From Eukaryota sp. GEM-RC1 (Eukaryota): DNA of 64,000 nt. Of this stretch, positions 60,742 through 64,000 are shown one piece after another; within the stretch, counting starts at the first letter, position 1, and every line of letters begins with the position of its first letter. The DNA is taken from the NCBI GenBank assembly GCA_040285855.1, contig JAUFOQ010000002.1, forward strand, positions 558,001-622,000, given 5' to 3'. The notes under the pieces were generated by a model. The model did no database searches and was not told where the DNA came from. It saw only the letters and a list, made by a program, of their open reading frames with translations. Made by a program: the position numbers and the translations under genes.

Positions 60742-60826
60742 GTTGTGAAGATGCAAAGTTCAATGGTGATTTTCTACTTCTTGTCTCTTTTGAATCTTTA
60801 ACTACATCTCCGACTTCACTCGCATT

Positions 60827-61606
60827 ATGCCTAAAATCACGATTAAGTCTTTATCTAATAAATCCTATGAAATTGATGTATCTCCAGCGAAGCGCTACAA
60901 GTCTAAAGTCTATAAACCATATCCAATGCCTTCCTTTGATCGTGTTGGGGCTAAGCATCTTGTTGGTTTTTACAATCTGAATCCCATTCAAAAAAAGTGG
61001 GTCCTCATCCTTAATGTTCCAGTACAGCTGTCCATCCTCTACCATGATCGAACTAAACAAGCTACCCTAGTGTTTATTAACACTGCTACTGCCAAAATTG
61101 TTCAGCGTGTACCTATTCGACCCGAAGTTGAACTCTACACTAAAACCCCCAATTTTATACAACTCAATACACCGCAAAAGTACCTTCTTGGTCTTAATTT
61201 CTCTACTGCCCTTGATGCTAGTTCTTTCTTGAAAGAAGTCGAAGAAATCCAATCATTTGTTTCTTTCTTATCCAGATTAACCAAGAGTCCATCGTTTCTT
61301 CCTACCTTTATTCATGAACAGATCCGCATGAAACCAACTCTGAGGAGCATTCCTTTGTTTGAACATCCATCGTTTTCATCTAAAGTTCCTCTGTCACAGA
61401 TTGATTCTCATTTGCGATGCACAGAACGATTGCTGATGAACGATGTTGGTTACGTCTTCTATGGCTTGTTCGATCAAGAAAACTTCATGTCAGAAAAAGT
61501 GAGTGATGAGGTGTCGAACACTTTAACCTCTACTTTTTCCGAAATAGACTCTCTATTGGGAACTAATTTAATGGAGAACATGTTACAAGAGAGTGTAAAG
61601 AAGTGA
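60827..61606 (+). CDS. EVH1/WH1-domain protein
   Basis: FYNLNPIQKKWV..YTKTPNFIQL..LLGLNFSTALDASSF fits the EVH1/WH1 pattern. Confidence 0.6.
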   Translation: MPKITIKSLSNKSYEIDVSPAKRYKSKVYKPYPMPSFDRVGAKHLVGFYNLNPIQKKWVLILNVPVQLSILYHDRTKQATLVFINTATAKIVQRVPIRPEVELYTKTPNFIQLNTPQKYLLGLNFSTALDASSFLKEVEEIQSFVSFLSRLTKSPSFLPTFIHEQIRMKPTLRSIPLFEHPSFSSKVPLSQIDSHLRCTERLLMNDVGYVFYGLFDQENFMSEKVSDEVSNTLTSTFSEIDSLLGTNLMENMLQESVKK

Positions 61607-61707
61607 AGTTTATGTGAGGAAAGGTACTAAAATTGTTGAAGGTCGGCCAAACAAATGTAAATAAGTAAATAATTGTACAATAAAACAAAATTTTGAGCAA
61701 TTAATAA

Positions 61708-62042
61708 TTATCGCCGCATCATTGGAAAACCTCCAGCTGCTGGAGGTCTCTGAAGACCTATTCCTCGACCTGGTTCATGCTTCATGAACATTGGTGCATT
61801 TTAAGCATATCTGGAACAACAATGAAGCGAATCTGAGAACCTCGTATGTATACGTTTTCAACCTGTAACTTTTGCCCATCGTTTTTAGTCAAAATAAGAT
61901 CAGAGAGACGGCAGTTCATATTATCTTCACAACTGAGAAGTTTTCCTCTATACATGTCCCCGTTTTTCATTTCAATTGTTACTATGAAGCCTATTGCTTC
62001 ATGAAAGAGTTTTATGGGTGTTCCGATTGTGCTTGAAGGCAT
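61708..62042 (-). CDS. SNRPD3: Small nuclear ribonucleoprotein Sm D3
   Basis: IGTPIKLFHEA..YRGKL..EDNMNC..VYIRGSQIRFIVVPDMLK. One added A at 61799-61802 restores the conserved NAPMF and a GRG tail to TAA at 61708. Confidence 0.93.
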
Positions 62043-62116
62043 AAAGATATGGATAAGAGAGGTTTGGAGGTTCTACAGAAATTGTTTTTCCAATCTTCTT
62101 CTTTCCCAAATTCCTA

Positions 62117-63064
62117 ATGGAAAAAAATCTCTTCCATATTGAAATAATAGACTGTACACTCGAAGACCTGACTTTTAAACTTAAAGGAGTCAGCATCTCA
62201 CTAGTCAATGCTCTACGTCGAATCATCTACTCAGAAGTTCCTACTATTGCTATAGAACTAGTTGAATTCACTCAAAACTCATCTGCACTTCCTGAAGAGT
62301 TCATTGCTCATCGTCTTGGTCTCGTTCCTCTTCTCTACCCAGAATCTACCTCTATCAATAGCTTTGAAGACGTTTTCAACTATCATACTGACTGTGCATG
62401 TGCTGGAGGCTGTCCCAAGTGTGAATTTACCTTCACTCTCAACGCTACAAACGACAGGTCCGAGGTCTACGTTGTCCGTTCAGATCAACTCTTCCCACGT
62501 GCAGCACAAGATACATATGCTGGTCTAGTCCGTGTTGCAGACCTTGAACATCCCATAGTTTTATTCAAATTAGCTTCTAAACAGTCCGTCTCCCTCACAG
62601 CCATTGCTAGGAAGGGGAAAGGAGCTGACCATGCTAAGTTCTCCCCAGTCTCCAACGCTACTTTCCGAATAACCCCTGATATTCAATTAAACTACGAATC
62701 CCTTGCTCAGTTGTCTACTAGCGATAGAGAACAGCTTGTGTCATCGTGTCCTAGGAATGTGTATGAGCTAGATCCACTGACAAGGACTATTAGGATAGCT
62801 CCAGGAGGTCAGGATCGTTGTATAATGTGTGGGGAATGTACTGAGCTTTCTAATCAGTATGCAGATCAATATGAAGTTCCTGCTCCTATTAAAATTCAAG
62901 ACACTGATCCACCAGAGTTCACGTTTTTGATTGAATCTACTGGAGCAAAGACTGCTAGAGTGATACTGAAGGAGGCGGTGGATATTCTTTTGACTAAGAT
63001 GTGTTTTGTGAAGGAGATGTGGGAGAAGCAGAAGGCTTCGGGTATTACTGGATCCTATCATTGA
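62117..63064 (+). CDS. RPB3: RNA polymerase II subunit RPB3
   Basis: NALRRII.SEVPTIAIE, EEFIAHRLGLVPL, Zn loop CACAGGCPKC, ARKGKGADHAKFSP, FTFLIESTGA. Confidence 0.92.
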   Translation: MEKNLFHIEIIDCTLEDLTFKLKGVSISLVNALRRIIYSEVPTIAIELVEFTQNSSALPEEFIAHRLGLVPLLYPESTSINSFEDVFNYHTDCACAGGCPKCEFTFTLNATNDRSEVYVVRSDQLFPRAAQDTYAGLVRVADLEHPIVLFKLASKQSVSLTAIARKGKGADHAKFSPVSNATFRITPDIQLNYESLAQLSTSDREQLVSSCPRNVYELDPLTRTIRIAPGGQDRCIMCGECTELSNQYADQYEVPAPIKIQDTDPPEFTFLIESTGAKTARVILKEAVDILLTKMCFVKEMWEKQKASGITGSYH

Positions 63065-63329
63065 GAGTTTTGAGATGTAACTTGTTATTGGTTTAGCCTC
63101 TCTTTTTAAAGATTGTTTTTAAAAAGAATAGGCTGGTATTACGAATGGTAAATGTCCAACTGATTGTTTAATATAAGTCGAGGAATGATCTTTGTTATAA
63201 GTAATAAAGTATTCCCATCTTTTCAGTTCCACTTTTTGTTGGTAACTATATTACTAGTAGTAGTATTGTTTACTATTCAAGTCATAGTGTGCCAAAACAA
63301 TGAGAGAACAGTGTCTTGTAAAACAATAT

Positions 63330-63890
63330 TAACGATGAAGTTGAACCAGTTTTGAATCACCTTCAGAAAACGAATTTTCATATCAACAACAAGGGTATCT
63401 TCATGCAGCGTGGCTTAAATCCAGTCAATCATTAATGGAATTTACCATTATTGAATGTTTATAGTAAATCTTGTGTTGATAGGAAATTTCACTTCTTCTT
63501 TTAATATGTTAACAGCTGCTGGTAAACTAAACCAATGAAAATATGACTAGCAAGTTGAAGAATTAATTGGAAAATCATATTCCAAATTGGTGTTACAACC
63601 TTTTCATGTTTCTCCTTTTTGGATCGATTAGTCCTGCAAGTGGACAATTTTTCAAGGACTTTGAAGAACTGAATAAAGAAAAGAAGTGTAAGTGTAGAAA
63701 ATTGAAAAACTATTGTGTTTTCCATCCATCAAAATATATATTTTTCTATTTCCCTCGATTAGTGCGAGACATTCCAAGTTTGGTGTGAAGTCTTTTGTCC
63801 AAAACGTGGTACTTGTCTTAGTATTGTTTGTTTGTTCTTACAAAATCACATTTTGTAGGAAGGTTACCTTTTGGCTATCGAAGAAAGTTG
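63330..63890 (+). mobile_element. Degenerate 3' fragment of RLE retroelement family A
   Basis: aagttgaaccagttttgaatcac..gcagcgtggcttaaat..aggaaggttacctt, colinear with 8603-9185. Confidence 0.8.
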
Positions 63891-64000
63891 TGTTTAGTTG
63901 AGGCTGTAATGATTGATAAAGTATAGCATTGGTGTAGAATAAATGAGATTGGATGACGTGATATAACAACTATACATCATAGTTAAGACCAAGAGAGAAC

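Noticed and set aside
1..64000. tRNA, rRNA or snRNA genes
   Set aside because: None recognised by eye; tRNAscan-SE and Infernal/Rfam would be needed to exclude them.

Overview
Gene-dense, AT-rich genome of a unicellular eukaryote, probably flagellated since delta-tubulin is present. Introns are tiny GT-AG introns (26-32 nt), and divergent gene pairs are only 37-85 bp apart. Recognisable genes include a kinesin motor 3' end, RRP12, cathepsin B, a MIF4G-domain protein, NTM1, NSF, two RRM paralogs, LSM4, PRA1, NUDT5, an HDAC/APAH-family enzyme, a giant LRR-repeat-multipass membrane protein, a KNL1/Spc105-like protein, delta-tubulin, NAA15, MZT1 (missing from the ORF track), an EVH1 protein, SmD3 and RPB3. 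Gene clusters alternate with transposon-rich islands. These hold many 5'-truncated RLE-type (CRE-like) non-LTR retroelement fragments, one RT fragment, and nine CAG-terminated MITEs with 8-bp target-site duplications (hAT-type), three of them nested inside each other. The most interesting content is two Fanzor (eukaryotic TnpB-like) loci. One is a decayed, near full-length copy at about 9.6-11.9 kb. The other, at about 30.5-33.9 kb, carries two extra C-terminal CCHC zinc knuckles and sits back-to-back with a Pif1 helicase, joined at a 10-bp direct repeat, next to a 14-bp tandem array. About 15 apparent frameshifts in host genes fall in short homopolymer runs and are most likely long-read consensus errors. 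All calls come from manual translation and motif recognition; no database searches were run.
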